This document shows positions 63,918-64,000 of a stretch of 64,000 nt of DNA, one piece after another. The stretch comes from Flaccisagitta enflata. Taxonomy: Eukaryota. Position 1 is the stretch's first letter. Every line of letters starts with the position of its first letter. The notes under the pieces were generated by a model. It was not told the origin of the DNA, did no database searches, and worked only from the letters and a program-made list of their open reading frames with translations. The DNA is taken from positions 29,078,001 to 29,142,000 of the forward strand of contig OZ231126.1 of the NCBI GenBank assembly GCA_965153355.1. Reading direction: 5' to 3'. A program made the translations under genes and the position numbers.

Positions 63918-64000
63918 CACTTTTTTATCCCACTGCAATATACAAATTAGGCTCTCAAAAATAATTTTCTAAAAAATGGAAAATGAACGATTTTTGATAA

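Overview
AT-rich, microsatellite- and transposon-dense genomic DNA from an animal, most likely an invertebrate (spliceosomal GT-AG introns; the species cannot be identified from sequence alone). Most entries in the ORF track are microsatellite artefacts. By splicing manually and checking codon phases I can support six genes. (1) A four-MBT-repeat MBTD1/L3MBTL2/Sfmbt-family gene on + (13 exons, 654-22182, 5' end outside the window). (2) An astacin-like pseudogene on - inside one of its introns. (3) A two-exon AT-hook plus C2H2 zinc-finger gene of the lin-29/rotund/ZNF384 type on +; its intron holds a young non-autonomous LTR element carrying a FLYWCH-like ORF. (4) A catalytically inactive DPP4/DPP6/DPP10-family gene on - (36534-54059, 5' end not found). 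(5) Nested in one of its introns, a gene joining an IRE1/RNase L-like kinase-KEN ribonuclease module to a coiled coil and a C-terminal Kelch propeller; this is the most unusual object in the window. (6) A nearly intronless lectin/EGF/sushi receptor pseudophosphatase on + with a nonsense codon and a frameshift. Non-coding DNA is filled with nested TIR elements (TA- and 8-bp-TSD types) and many DINE-1/HINE-like elements. All family calls come from motif recognition by eye; no searches were run.
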